From the NCBI RefSeq assembly GCF_000008385.1, contig NC_006833.1, positions 510,001-542,000 of the forward strand: DNA of 32,000 bases, in the 5' to 3' direction. A program made the translations under genes and the position numbers. This DNA comes from Wolbachia endosymbiont strain TRS of Brugia malayi. GTDB taxonomy: Bacteria > Pseudomonadota > Alphaproteobacteria > Rickettsiales > Anaplasmataceae. Shown piece after piece: positions 10,933 to 21,544 of the stretch (the stretch's first letter is position 1; each line of letters opens with the position of its first letter). Under the pieces are notes generated by a model that did no database searches, had not been told where the DNA came from, and worked only from the letters and a program-made list of their open reading frames with translations.

Positions 10933-11523
10933 ATGAAATATATCATTAGCAAGTTAGTGCTACAAGATGGAAAAATAAGACACAGTTTTTACCATGATAA
11001 TGGTATGATAGAACAAGAAATTAGTAGGTTTGTGGACGATCTTAATGCGCAATGTAAGAAGATTAAAAGCGATCTAGAAAAAATAGCATATGAAAGTATT
11101 GTAAGCAGAAGCAAGCAAATTCAAAACAGATTGGAGGTAGAAAGAGATAATAAATATCTTTATGTAAAATATATAAAAGATAGTGTTGTTAAACCTGCAA
11201 AAATCATAAACAATCAGGAAGTAGAAAAGCTAGGATTAAGAGTTTACATATTATAGATCGGAGAAAGTACAGCAAAAATTGAAAAAGATAAAGATGGAAA
11301 AAGAAATTATACTGATATCTTAGGCAGCACTGAAATGTCTTTTACTACTAGAAAAGGGGAGATCAGTATTCATCTACATCCTAGTGAATAAGATAGTAAT
11401 AAAATAAAAGTAGTGTTTGCTAACGAGGAAAGCAAAGCAAGGTTTAATAACTTAGAAGACAAACAAGTTTAGAACTAAGCTGTCTCTTAGAGAGGAAAAG
11501 TGTTGCAAAAGTCATAGGTAAGA
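10933..11523 (+). pseudogene. Unknown protein reading frame with two in-frame stops
   Basis: ORF 10933..11256 ends at TAG (11254-11256). The same frame continues as IGESTAKIEKDKDGKRNYTDILGSTEMSFTTRKGEISIHLHPSE, TAA (11389-11391), DSNKIKVVFANEESKARFNNLED... to TAA at 11521-11523. Confidence 0.5.
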
Positions 11524-12859
11524 GTTTTGAAAGAAATGGTAATGTACCTACAGAATTAACTGAGGCTATTAAGCAACAGAATGTTTCATCTACTTTCACG
11601 CATGTTTATTTGTTACTACAACAGGAAATAAGAATAGCTCCAGGAGGGTAAAAATTGATATTATTTTAGAATAAAAACTAAAAAGTTAATTACAGATGTT
11701 CATATATGCTAAGTCAAGGAGGCAGAAGGGGTAGTATAAATGCTCATTAAAAATTCTAATAATTTAGAAGCTTTTCTAATGCTAAGTATACTAACTGAAT
11801 TTAATGAAGCCAAAAGTCTTGCATTAGTTTTGACTATATCAATTCTTCTGTCAGTTACTCTTGTCTTTTATAGCAAAGTTGCGCGGACTACCTACTTATT
11901 TCATCTATATTTCTACTTTGTATTACTCTTTACCTTATGATTCTTAGAAGGCAAAAGCGGTGCCTATTTCTTGGCCGGCTTTCTGCTCTTACAGAGTTTG
12001 AGTTTACTATTCTCCTTTTGCAAATCAGTATTCAATAACTTTGATACCTCTCATTCAGCTATTCACCTTTATAGTACTTCTCAAGATCTTCAAATTGCTC
12101 TTTACTTTCTATTGTTACTTTAGTTAGAGAATCAGCAATATCTTTGTGTATTTTTTGATTATCTATTGGCTTATCATCGTTAATAGTAACTTTATCCTTT
12201 TCTTGTCCACTACTTACTTATAGCCCTGTCCTTTGATTCTTGTTGCTGCTTTTCTTTTAAATAAGCTGTAAATAGCATCTATTGTTTTTTGACTATACTC
12301 CTTAAAAAGAAGTTTGATTGTCCTAAGTTTCTATGCTAGGGAGATGGGTTTAGAGTATGTTTTTGTTTTTTACTCTCACCACCAACAATCATATCATCGC
12401 TCAATCTTCTCTTTATTAGAAGGCAAAAGTGGCGATTCTTGAGTACTCCTATGTACAGATTTTTCTTGTGTTTTCAATAATGTATTTCGAATATCTTAAG
12501 ATTCTGGTGTATATGTTCCTCTAGTGCTATTTCTGATACTTTAAACCCTTGTATTACCCTATCAGGAGCATTCTATACTATCTCCTTAACCCTCTGAAAT
12601 ATCTATTAATTTACTCCTCTTGACAATAATTTCTTTCCCTTACCTACGGCTCACACCGTAACTCTGCTCTTTAATTGCCTTTATTGCCTCTTCTTTAAAC
12701 AAGTCTTGAACATTATGTACTTCCTTTTTGAATCTATGACTGTCTTCAATAAAAACAAATTTAATTATTTTCATTTTTTCTCTAAAAAAATGGTGCGTTT
12801 ATTAACTGTAGAATATACGGGTTTTTTTATTCAAGTTTTCATAATTGGCCTTTATACTA

Positions 12860-13545
12860 AACTGGTATCTATAAATTTTTGTACTTTTTCTAGATAATCA
12901 ACACTTTTGTTCTCTTTAAGCACTTGAACGCCCTCAAATTTGATATTTTTACGCCTTCAATACTCAGTCCATTTCCTTCAAGCCATTCCTTTCTCTTGCT
13001 TATTGATTCAACAAACCCATTAACCCTTTTAACATTGTCTGCACTATAACTAATCAGCGTATTACAATTTTTGGTAGCTAACTATTGTGGTTGTTTTATA
13101 CTCTACAATTGCCTTATAAATGTGCAAATTCTTCCCAACTTGATTTTATTGTCCCTTAACAGTTAACCTATGCAACTGAGTATTGTAGTTTTCTAGAAAT
13201 TCACCAAATACAGAAATACGTTCTCCAAATAAATCCAAACGATCTTCCACAACTCTTCTTACAGCATTTGAATATCCCGTGTACGATACAATATTAACTT
13301 CCACTCCGTTTAAAAGTGCAGACTACAATACGGATTTTAATGTCTACTCACTTTTACTCTGCCTGTATTCTCTAGAAAATTTCTTATATCGGTATCAGTA
13401 ACTGAATACCCCACCTTAGAATTAAAATCGCTTCTTTTTATTCCAGAATATTTACCAGCAAAAGCATTACACGTGTACCCATTAGTAATAGTGGTATCAA
13501 AGTCAGATATTAATAGGGCATATTTCCTGTAGCCATACCTTTACC
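12860..13545 (-). pseudogene. Degraded HAD-phosphatase-like protein
   Basis: Broken-frame reverse-complement translation: GYRKYALLISDFDTTITNGYTCNAFAGKYSGIKRSDFN, then ALLNGVEVNIVSYTGYSNAVRRVVEDRLDLFGERISVFGEFLENYNTQL, then GKNLHIYKAIVEYKTTTIVSYQK and SYSADNVKRVNGFVESISKRKEWLEGNG. DFDTTIT fits HAD motif I (DxDxT) and VNIVSYTG fits motif II. Confidence 0.5.
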
Positions 13546-13697
13546 TCTCAACTCTCACAAATCAATAGATAAAGGATAATACTAGCAGGCTAACTATTTA
13601 TAAAAACACTAAAATAGTTAAATATACAAGCAATATGCACAGCTGGTTAAAAGTAGGCTATTTTGCGAGTTTTTCGATATGTTAAATAAAATACCCA

Positions 13698-13770
13698 TGG
13701 GCAATGACAGACTTGAACTGTCGACCTCCTCGGTGTAAACGAGATGCTCTACCAGCTGAGCTAATTGCCC
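13698..13770 (-). tRNA. tRNA-Val (anticodon TAC)
   Basis: Reverse complement GGGCAATTAGCTCAGCTGGTAGAGCATCTCGTTTACACCGAGGAGGTCGACAGTTCAAGTCTGTCATTGCCCA forms a cloverleaf; loop TTTACAC. Confidence 0.96.
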
Positions 13771-13903
13771 CTTTGAAAGGTAATTCTATAACTCAATAGT
13801 ATTATTGTAAACAAAAAGTAGAATCAAATGCAGCCTAATTTCTAATTGACCATTTGCTTAACTAAATGTTAATATTAAAATCACTTCGGTCAAAGTACAG
13901 AAA

Positions 13904-16606
13904 ATGCAAGACAATATAGTACCAATTTCAATAGTGAAAGAACTGGAAGATTCTTATCTCTCCTACGCAATGAGTGTGATTATAAGCCGTGCTATACCTG
14001 ACGTGCGAGATGGATTTAAACCTGTTCATAGGCGCATATTATATGCAATGTCGAAGGCTGGATACGATGCTGGCAAGCCATATAAAAAGGCAGCTCGTAT
14101 AGTTGGGGATGTAATGGGGAAATATCATCCACACGGTGATGCAGCTATTTATGATTCCTTAGTCAGAATGGCTCAAGATTTTTCTCTTCTTCTACCACTT
14201 ATTGATGGGCAAGGTAACTTTGGTTCGGTAGATGGAGATCCACCAGCTTCAATGCGATACACAGAAGCAAGACTTCAAGGAGTGTCACACTTCTTATTGA
14301 ATGACATTGATGAAAATACAGTTGACTTTAGACCAAACTACGACGGAAACGAATCTGAGCCTGTTGTACTGCCTGCAGAATTTCCGAATTTGTTAGTAAA
14401 TGGTGCAAGTGGTGTTGCAGTTGGTATGGCAACCAATATTCCTCCTCATAATCTTGGAGAAATAATTGACGCCTGCGTGTTATACATAGACAACCATGAA
14501 GTAACCTTAGATGAATTGCTTAAAGTAGTACCAGGGCCAGATTTTCCGACAGGAGGAACAATTCTTGGTAGGTCTGGAATAAGATCAGCGTTTGCTACAG
14601 GTCGAGGCTCAATTGTTATACAAGGTAAAACTCATATAGAAGACCTGCCACAAGATAGGCAAGCAATAGTTATTGATGAAATACCTTACCAAGTAAATAA
14701 AGTGAAATTAATTGAGAAAATCGGTGAACTTGTAAAAGAAGAGAAAATTAATGGCATAACAGAAATTAGGGATGAGTCTGATAAGTCTGGTATTAGGGTA
14801 GTGATTGACCTTAGAAAAAATGCTGCAGCAGATTTTATACTGAATCAAATACTAGGACTTACTCCTCTAAGAAGTAGCTTTAGCGTTAATACTTTAGTTC
14901 TCAACAACAATAGACCTGTTTTGATGTCATTAAAAGAAATCATAGTTGCTTTTGTTGACTTTAGAAAAGAAGTATTAATCAGGAGGACAGAATTTCGTTT
15001 GAGAAAAACGAGAGAAAAAGCCCACATATATATAGGACTTTATATTGCGGTCTTGAGCATAGATGAAGTGATAAAAATCGTCCGAGGTACAAAAGACCCT
15101 GAGGAAGCAAACAAGAAGCTCTTAAATAAAGAGTGGAAAACCTCAGCTGAAATAAACACAATTATTGGCTTGATTTCAGATAGCATGAGCTTTTTGAAAG
15201 ATGGAGTGTATAGATTAACCGAGTTACAGACGAAAGCCATTCTTGACATAAAATTGCAACGTTTAACGGGTCTCGAAAGAGATAAATTAGAAGCTGAGCT
15301 AAATTCAATGGTTAACCTGGTAAAAGAATATATCGCTTTTCTTGGTTCAGAAGAGAAATTAATGAAAGAAATAAAAAATAATTTACAAGAAGTAAGGAAC
15401 AGATTTGCCGTACCACGCAAAACTGTAATAGAAGAATCAGATGCAGACATTGAGGTAGAAGATCTAATCCCACAAGAGGATATGGTGGTAACAGTGACCA
15501 TGAATGGTTACATTAAGCGCGTGAAGCTCTCTCACTATAGGACTCAGCGTCGTGGTGGAAAAGGAAAGTTAGGACAGGGGCTAAAAGAAGAGGATGTAAT
15601 CACAAAATTGTTTGTTGGGAACACCCACACTAGCCTTTTATTCTTTTCCAATATTGGCAGAGTTTATAGATTAAAAGTTTATAAATTACCTCTTGCGGAG
15701 CCAACTGCACGTGGAAGAGCACTTGTTAACATATTCCCTCTTGCTGATGGTGAAACAATTACCAATATAATGCCACTGCCAAGTGAGAGTGATGAAAGTC
15801 AAAATATAGTTTTTGCTACTGCTCATGGAAACATAAGGCGTAACTCTTTAGCTGACTTTCACTATATTCCAAGCAATGGGAAAATAGCAATAAAGCTCGA
15901 TGAAGGAGATAAATTAGTATCGGTCAAAGTATGCAACGAAACTGATCATGTTTTACTTTCAACAATGCTTGGGAAAAGTATTAGATTTATTGTAAGCGAC
16001 GTGCGTCAATTCAAAAGCCGCAATTCGGATGGCGTAAGAGGTATCAAACTTGCAAAAAACGATAGTGTGATATCTATGACCATACTAAACGGTATAGGCG
16101 TTACAACAGAAACAAAAGAGCTTTATCTAAAAGTTCCACTAGCAAAAAGACTAGAAACTGCAGTTAATAACTCCATTGATTCTAAATTAGAAAAAGTTTT
16201 GAACGATTTAGGAATAGATAACAAATTATTCTTAAAACTTGCAGCGAATGAAGAGTTTATACTAACTATTACTGAAAATGGCTTTGGTAAAAGAACTTCT
16301 GCATATGAGTACAGAGTAACCAACAGGGGCGGTATTGGTATTACCAATATTCTTACTACCAACAGAAACGGCAATGTCGTTGCTAGCTTTCCAGTTGAGC
16401 AGGATGACAATATAATGCTTATTACAGATAAAGGAAAGTTAATCCGCATTTCAGTCAACGGAATTAGAATAGCAGGACGTAGTACTCAGGGGGTCACTCT
16501 ATTTAAAACAGAGAGTAGAGAAAAGGTAGTGTCAGCGGCAAAAATTGAAGATCCTGGTTCTACTGAAGAAAATATGCCTGAGATTGGAGATTCTGCGTCT
16601 TCTTAG
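13904..16606 (+). CDS. gyrA: DNA gyrase subunit A
   Basis: 900-aa ORF; [56 protein letters not shown], beta-propeller repeats and GyrA-box QRRGGKG. Confidence 0.97.
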   Translation: MQDNIVPISIVKELEDSYLSYAMSVIISRAIPDVRDGFKPVHRRILYAMSKAGYDAGKPYKKAARIVGDVMGKYHPHGDAAIYDSLVRMAQDFSLLLPLIDGQGNFGSVDGDPPASMRYTEARLQGVSHFLLNDIDENTVDFRPNYDGNESEPVVLPAEFPNLLVNGASGVAVGMATNIPPHNLGEIIDACVLYIDNHEVTLDELLKVVPGPDFPTGGTILGRSGIRSAFATGRGSIVIQGKTHIEDLPQDRQAIVIDEIPYQVNKVKLIEKIGELVKEEKINGITEIRDESDKSGIRVVIDLRKNAAADFILNQILGLTPLRSSFSVNTLVLNNNRPVLMSLKEIIVAFVDFRKEVLIRRTEFRLRKTREKAHIYIGLYIAVLSIDEVIKIVRGTKDPEEANKKLLNKEWKTSAEINTIIGLISDSMSFLKDGVYRLTELQTKAILDIKLQRLTGLERDKLEAELNSMVNLVKEYIAFLGSEEKLMKEIKNNLQEVRNRFAVPRKTVIEESDADIEVEDLIPQEDMVVTVTMNGYIKRVKLSHYRTQRRGGKGKLGQGLKEEDVITKLFVGNTHTSLLFFSNIGRVYRLKVYKLPLAEPTARGRALVNIFPLADGETITNIMPLPSESDESQNIVFATAHGNIRRNSLADFHYIPSNGKIAIKLDEGDKLVSVKVCNETDHVLLSTMLGKSIRFIVSDVRQFKSRNSDGVRGIKLAKNDSVISMTILNGIGVTTETKELYLKVPLAKRLETAVNNSIDSKLEKVLNDLGIDNKLFLKLAANEEFILTITENGFGKRTSAYEYRVTNRGGIGITNILTTNRNGNVVASFPVEQDDNIMLITDKGKLIRISVNGIRIAGRSTQGVTLFKTESREKVVSAAKIEDPGSTEENMPEIGDSASS

Positions 16607-16710
16607 CTGTAGTATTATAAAAACATACTAAGAGTAAAAAGTGCAAGTTTTTGTTGATTAATCTATAGTATTTAAATTAAAATGTATACTACATAGCTGA
16701 GTAGAGGTTG

Positions 16711-17313
16711 ATGAACAAGAAATTAACTGAGAATAAAAAACCGCTGGTAGACAAGGAAGATAAAAAAACACCTCCTGTTAAAGGTTTTACTAAAAAAAAT
16801 AAGAGCAGGAGAGATTTTATAACATTAACTACATGCGCTATGGCAAGTATAGGAACTGTAAGTGGGCTTTGGCCACTGATTAAGTCTATGAACCCTTCCG
16901 CCGAAGTCTTGGCAATGTCTACAGTTGAAGTTAATTTATCTGGAATCCAAGAAGGACACGGAATAAAAGTAAAATGGCAAGGTAAACCAGTATTTATTCG
17001 CAGACGTACAAAGCAAGAAATTAAAGCTGCAAGAGTTGTGAATGTAGAGGATTTGAGGGATCCTCAGTCAGATGAGCAAAGAGTACACAAAGGAAAAGAT
17101 GAATGGCTAATTATGGTTGGAGTATGTACACACCTTGGATGTGTACCAGTTGAACATGCTACAAAAGATGGAAATGGTTGGTTTTGCCCTTGCCACGGTT
17201 CATATTACGATACATCTGGTCGAGTAATTGGAGGCCCTGCACCAAAAAATATGGTTGTACCTGATTATTTTTTTCCAAATGAAAATGTTGTGGTAATTGG
17301 CAAAAAGGCTTAA
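16711..17313 (+). CDS. petA: Ubiquinol-cytochrome c reductase iron-sulfur (Rieske) subunit
   Basis: Rieske motifs CTHLGCVPV and CPCHGSYYDTSGRVIGGPAPKNM after an N-terminal RRDFITLTTCAMASIGTVSGLWP TM/Tat-like segment. The ORF track starts at an upstream TTG; the ATG at 16711 is more likely. Confidence 0.95.
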   Translation: MNKKLTENKKPLVDKEDKKTPPVKGFTKKNKSRRDFITLTTCAMASIGTVSGLWPLIKSMNPSAEVLAMSTVEVNLSGIQEGHGIKVKWQGKPVFIRRRTKQEIKAARVVNVEDLRDPQSDEQRVHKGKDEWLIMVGVCTHLGCVPVEHATKDGNGWFCPCHGSYYDTSGRVIGGPAPKNMVVPDYFFPNENVVVIGKKA

Positions 17314-17654
17314 TTAATAACTGTACTTAAGTTACTATAGCCTTAGTTCTTATTTAATTAACTAAACTAAACCTTGCTCTTTTTAGGAAGCACAAACAAA
17401 GGAACTACTTGACAAGTTTCAACAACTTCATTATCATAGAGTTAAGGGTATCTCTGATTCACAACTTATTTTTGACCTGCAAGTTCAATAACAAAATTCG
17501 GTAAAAATTTTAGGTATTTATTGGCAGATTGCATCGAGTTATTGCGGTTGTATATCTTTAAAATTTTTCTACATTCAGCTAAGTCATGCTTAAACTAAGC
17601 GTCAGCAAATTATTACAGCGCCAGTTTAAATTATTATAGGGTCAAAACTTGCTA

Positions 17655-17800
17655 TCCGGGGGTTTTTCACCTTTTTTTATATGGTAAATTTCTTAAATAT
17701 TTGTAGCTAAGGATTTACCGACAACCTCTGCCTGTTAGCGAGACCTATGCTAAGAGACCGCATTGGTATAACATAGAACTGTGCTAGCCATAGCAAACTG
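17655..17800 (+). repeat. Interspersed intergenic repeat, copy 3 (5' half, diverged at the 3' end)
   Basis: gggggtttttcaccttttttta...ggtaaatttcttaaatatttgtagctaaggatttaccgacaacctctgcctgttagcg, very close to copy 1. Confidence 0.75.
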
Positions 17801-17840
17801 AAAATACTTTTTTAATATTTTTATCAACAAATTAAGTAAT

Positions 17841-18626
17841 TTACATATTATTCGCTAGTAGACAAAATTGTTCAACAGTTAAGTTTTTTGGACGCTCGTT
17901 TCCACTTAATTTAGCATTTTCAAGAGCGGTTTCAGTACGATTCGTTACATTTTGCAAGCTATTCCTTAGCATTTTTCTTCTTTGAGCAAAAACAGCACGT
18001 GTTAATTTTGTTAAGGCTTCCAAATTTACTGCAAATCTTTGTGTAGGTAAAGGCTTCACTGTAATGACCGAAGAGTATACTTTCGGTCTTGGAAAAAACT
18101 CTTTAGGTTCGATATCAAATTCCCTTCTTATATCACATAGTAACTGACTTAGCACTGATAGGGAACCATAATCTTTAGAATTGGGTCTTGCTATAATACG
18201 ATCTGCTACCTCTTTCTGAAACATTAATGTAAAAGTTGTAAAAAGTTTTATTTTATTTAACCACTTTAAAAATAACGCTAACGAAATATTGTAAGGCAAG
18301 TTTGCAATAACTTTTACTGGGCGTTCTATTAGCTCCTCTTCTACAACATAAAGCGCATCTGCTTCTACAATTCTAAACTTTCCCTGGTGTTCATTAAGCA
18401 ATTGGTCATGACATTTTACTAAATTGCTATCCTTTTCTATAGCCAGCAGAGACTTTGGATTATGTGCTAATATCTCCTTTGTCAGGGCACCATATCCAGG
18501 GCCAATTTCAATGACGTTAAAATCTTCCAGATTACCAGCTAAAACAACTATTCTTTTTGTTATCTCACTTGATAAGATAAAATTTTGCCCTAGACTTTTT
18601 TTTGGCTTCAATAAAAATTTTTTCAT
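17841..18626 (-). CDS. rsmA: 16S rRNA (adenine1518-N6/adenine1519-N6)-dimethyltransferase
   Basis: 261-aa ORF; KKSLGQNFI, VIEIGPGYGALTKEI, NLPYNIS, FTLMFQKEVADRI, RPKVYSSVI. Confidence 0.95.
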   Translation of the reverse strand: MKKFLLKPKKSLGQNFILSSEITKRIVVLAGNLEDFNVIEIGPGYGALTKEILAHNPKSLLAIEKDSNLVKCHDQLLNEHQGKFRIVEADALYVVEEELIERPVKVIANLPYNISLALFLKWLNKIKLFTTFTLMFQKEVADRIIARPNSKDYGSLSVLSQLLCDIRREFDIEPKEFFPRPKVYSSVITVKPLPTQRFAVNLEALTKLTRAVFAQRRKMLRNSLQNVTNRTETALENAKLSGNERPKNLTVEQFCLLANNM

Positions 18627-18711
18627 ACTACTTCATTATGCAATGCTTTGATAATTATAAAAATAGTTGACTGAAATTCATTAGTAATTATATATTATTA
18701 ACGTATTTAAT

Positions 18712-18784
<73 letters not shown>

Positions 18785-19264
18785 CGTGTAGTAATGTCAT
18801 ACTTGACCTGAAAGACAAGAATTAACTGGCAAAAGAATGGCTTTGTTGCATTGCTACTTATGAAAGGCTAACTATAGTTAGGGTTATAAGCAACATATTG
18901 AAAATCTTGTTCTTTTGCAATCAATCTGATCAAATTTAAGAATAGTAATTTATTATTTATATTAATAAATTTGATTCTATTTAAAATAGCTAAAGTGTTG
19001 AAATTATTGAATTTTAGCCAAATTAGTGAATGATAGTGAAATTTCTTTTACTCAAATTAGGTATTTACTGACCATTCTTATTATAAATTAAGAGAATGAC
19101 AAGTTACTAATATTCTTCACCTTTCTTGTCTTTAATCACCATAGCTGGCATACAACAAAAGCCAAACGGAAGCTGAAGGAATCAGATTGAGTAAGGAAAA
19201 TTCAAGAAAGCTATAATTTAAAGAGAAAATTTAGTAGAGGCGAGTAATGGTAAAAAACTTTTTA

Positions 19265-19292
19265 TTGACTTAATTTTGTTTTATTCTATAAA
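19265..19292 (+). promoter_or_regulatory. Sigma-70-like promoter candidate upstream of tpiA
   Basis: TTGACT, 16-nt spacer, TATAAA; about 155 nt upstream of the tpiA start. Pattern match only, in an AT-rich genome. Confidence 0.35.
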
Positions 19293-19448
19293 CTTAATTT
19301 ATTTTTTATTAGTTCTCATCTAGGTATATACCTTTATGTAAACAAAGGTTAGTAAAATGATAGCTAATCTTGTTAAACTAACAAGCAAGCGTGAGAGGAG
19401 TTCGTTTTAGTGTTGTTTGGGATACTCTCATCCATATAAGTAAAGTTG

Positions 19449-20150
19449 ATGTCTTTTTTAATAGTCGCAAATTGGAAGATGAATGGAACACGCTCTTTAT
19501 TCGTCAACTTTATAGGTAAACTCAATGACAAGAGTAATGAAATTACTTCTAAGCTCGTGATTTGCCCACCTTTTACATCACTTCCAGGTAATATAGAGCT
19601 GAATAGTAATATTAGTATAGGAGCACAGAATTGCCATTATAAAAAGTCTGGTTCTTATACAGGTGAAATTAGCGCAGAGATGCTAAAAGAGTTAGGATGT
19701 ACTTACGTAATACTTGGGCATTCCGAAAGAACTCACGAAACAAATGGTGAAATAAAGCTTAAATCAGAAACAGCTATAGAATCGGGCTTACACCCAATTA
19801 TTTGTGTAGGTGAAAATTTAGAAGACCGTGAGAGTAGTAAAACAAAGGAAGTAGTAGAGTATCAATGCAAAAGCCGCTTGCCAATACATGGTGAATATAC
19901 CGTAGCATATGAACCAATATGGGCAATAGGTACAGGACATGTACCAAGTAATAATGCAATTGCTGAGGTAATAGAAGTGATACAATCTTATACTAGCAAA
20001 AAACACGTTATATATGGCGGCTCAGTCAGTTTAGAAAATATAGAAAATTTATCGAATATCTTGAATTTATCAGGAGTTTTAATTGGCAGTGCAAGCTTAG
20101 ATTTTGATCGCTTTCATAAAATTGTACAGCAAGTTGAAAAAGCCTATTAA
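19449..20150 (+). CDS. tpiA: Triosephosphate isomerase
   Basis: [47 protein letters not shown] at 19449 preferred over the TTG at 19446. Confidence 0.96.
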   Translation: MSFLIVANWKMNGTRSLFVNFIGKLNDKSNEITSKLVICPPFTSLPGNIELNSNISIGAQNCHYKKSGSYTGEISAEMLKELGCTYVILGHSERTHETNGEIKLKSETAIESGLHPIICVGENLEDRESSKTKEVVEYQCKSRLPIHGEYTVAYEPIWAIGTGHVPSNNAIAEVIEVIQSYTSKKHVIYGGSVSLENIENLSNILNLSGVLIGSASLDFDRFHKIVQQVEKAY

Positions 20151-20176
20151 TTCTGAAATTGTAATTAAAGAACCCT

Positions 20177-21499
20177 GTGATAGATATATACACTAACAGA
20201 CCTAAGAAATACAAAATAGCAGCATTAATAGTTGCAGCAGGAGTAGGAAGCCGATGCAGCAATACAATTCCTAAGCAGTATATGACACTAGCAGATAAAC
20301 CTGTTTTATCGCATGCAGTCAAAAAACTTTTAACCAACCAGTATATAGATTACGTAAGGGTTATAATTAACAGAAATCATGAAGATTTTTATAGAGAAAC
20401 GATAGATTCTCTACATAACTATTATTTAAGCGAAGCGGTACACTCTTTCCAGTATGTGACGCTGAAATCTAGAAAAAAAGAAGAATGGATTCCAGTGTCA
20501 AGCACTGGAATGAAAGGAAGAGTAGATACTAAGTTACTAAGTCCAGTATATGGAGGAAAAAGTAGGCAAAACTCAGTTAAGCTGGGACTTGAAAGCTTGC
20601 AAAAAATTAACCCAGATTTTGTAGTTATACACGATGCTTGTAGGCCTTTTGTGTCAAATACTTTGATAAATAACTTAGCTCGGTCCATGATTAATAACCA
20701 ACATACAGGAGTAGTACCAGCAATAGAAGTAGAAGATACTATATCATTAGTAAATGATGATCTCATTGAATCCACAATTCCAAGAGAAAGACTTAGAGCT
20801 ATACAGACCCCTCAAATTTTCAATTTTAAAGAATTATTATCATATCATCGGTCAAATAAAGAATTTACTGATGATTCATCACTAATGGTAGAACACAAAA
20901 AACGTGTTGTAGTTACTAGAGGTGAGAAAATCAATTTTAAGTTAACCACAAAAGAGGATATTAATATGGCAAAGCTTCTTCTTGATGAACCAAAATATCG
21001 CGTTGGAACTGGCTATGACATACATAGGTTCATTAAAGCTCAAGGTAAGGCTAAAAGTTTTATAAAGATTTGCGGCGTAGAAATCGAGTATGACATGAAA
21101 ATAGAAGCACATTCCGACGGTGATGTTGCAATACATGCAGTTGTTGATGCAATACTGGGAGCACTAGGATGTGGCGACATAGGAGCACATTTTCCTCCGA
21201 GTTTTCCTGAGTGGAAAGATCGCAATTCATCTCACTTTCTCGATTTTGCTGCTAAAAAAGCAAAAGAAAAAGGATACAGCGTATCTAATTTAGATATTAC
21301 TATAGTTTGCGAGGAGCCTAAAATATCGCCTTACAAAGTAGCAATGAAGAAGTTCATATCAAAAACATTAGAGATTGATAGTGAATTTGTAAATGTTAAA
21401 GCAACCACTACAGAAAAATTAGGTTCTATTGGGAGAAATGAAGGAATACTAGCACATGCTTCTGTATTATTATATAAAATAGCTCCACTGCATAATTAA
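20177..21499 (+). CDS. ispDF: Bifunctional 2-C-methyl-D-erythritol 4-phosphate cytidylyltransferase / 2-C-methyl-D-erythritol 2,4-cyclodiphosphate synthase
   Basis: 440-aa ORF with an IspD N-terminus (AALIVAAGVGSRCSNTIPKQY, HDACRPFVS) and an IspF C-terminus (RVGTGYDIHRF, AHSDGDVAIHAVVDAILGALGCGDIGAHFPP). Confidence 0.93.
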   Translation: MIDIYTNRPKKYKIAALIVAAGVGSRCSNTIPKQYMTLADKPVLSHAVKKLLTNQYIDYVRVIINRNHEDFYRETIDSLHNYYLSEAVHSFQYVTLKSRKKEEWIPVSSTGMKGRVDTKLLSPVYGGKSRQNSVKLGLESLQKINPDFVVIHDACRPFVSNTLINNLARSMINNQHTGVVPAIEVEDTISLVNDDLIESTIPRERLRAIQTPQIFNFKELLSYHRSNKEFTDDSSLMVEHKKRVVVTRGEKINFKLTTKEDINMAKLLLDEPKYRVGTGYDIHRFIKAQGKAKSFIKICGVEIEYDMKIEAHSDGDVAIHAVVDAILGALGCGDIGAHFPPSFPEWKDRNSSHFLDFAAKKAKEKGYSVSNLDITIVCEEPKISPYKVAMKKFISKTLEIDSEFVNVKATTTEKLGSIGRNEGILAHASVLLYKIAPLHN

Positions 21500-21544
21500 T
21501 TTTTATAAATACAATAAACATTGTCTGAATCAGAATATCTTACG

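Noticed and set aside
14845-16458. Minus-strand ORFs inside gyrA (14845..15027, 14979..15161, 15040..15501, 16123..16458)
   Set aside because: Fully antisense to a clear gyrA frame, low-complexity Ser/Leu/Phe translations with no family features; shadow ORFs.
20026-21225. Antisense ORFs 19818..20006, 20026..20337, 20422..20775, 20942..21136 and 21040..21225
   Set aside because: Lie over tpiA and ispDF, which have strong protein evidence.
20175-21499. IspD-IspF fusion considered as a novel gene fusion
   Set aside because: Bifunctional IspDF is well known in alphaproteobacteria, so it is not new.
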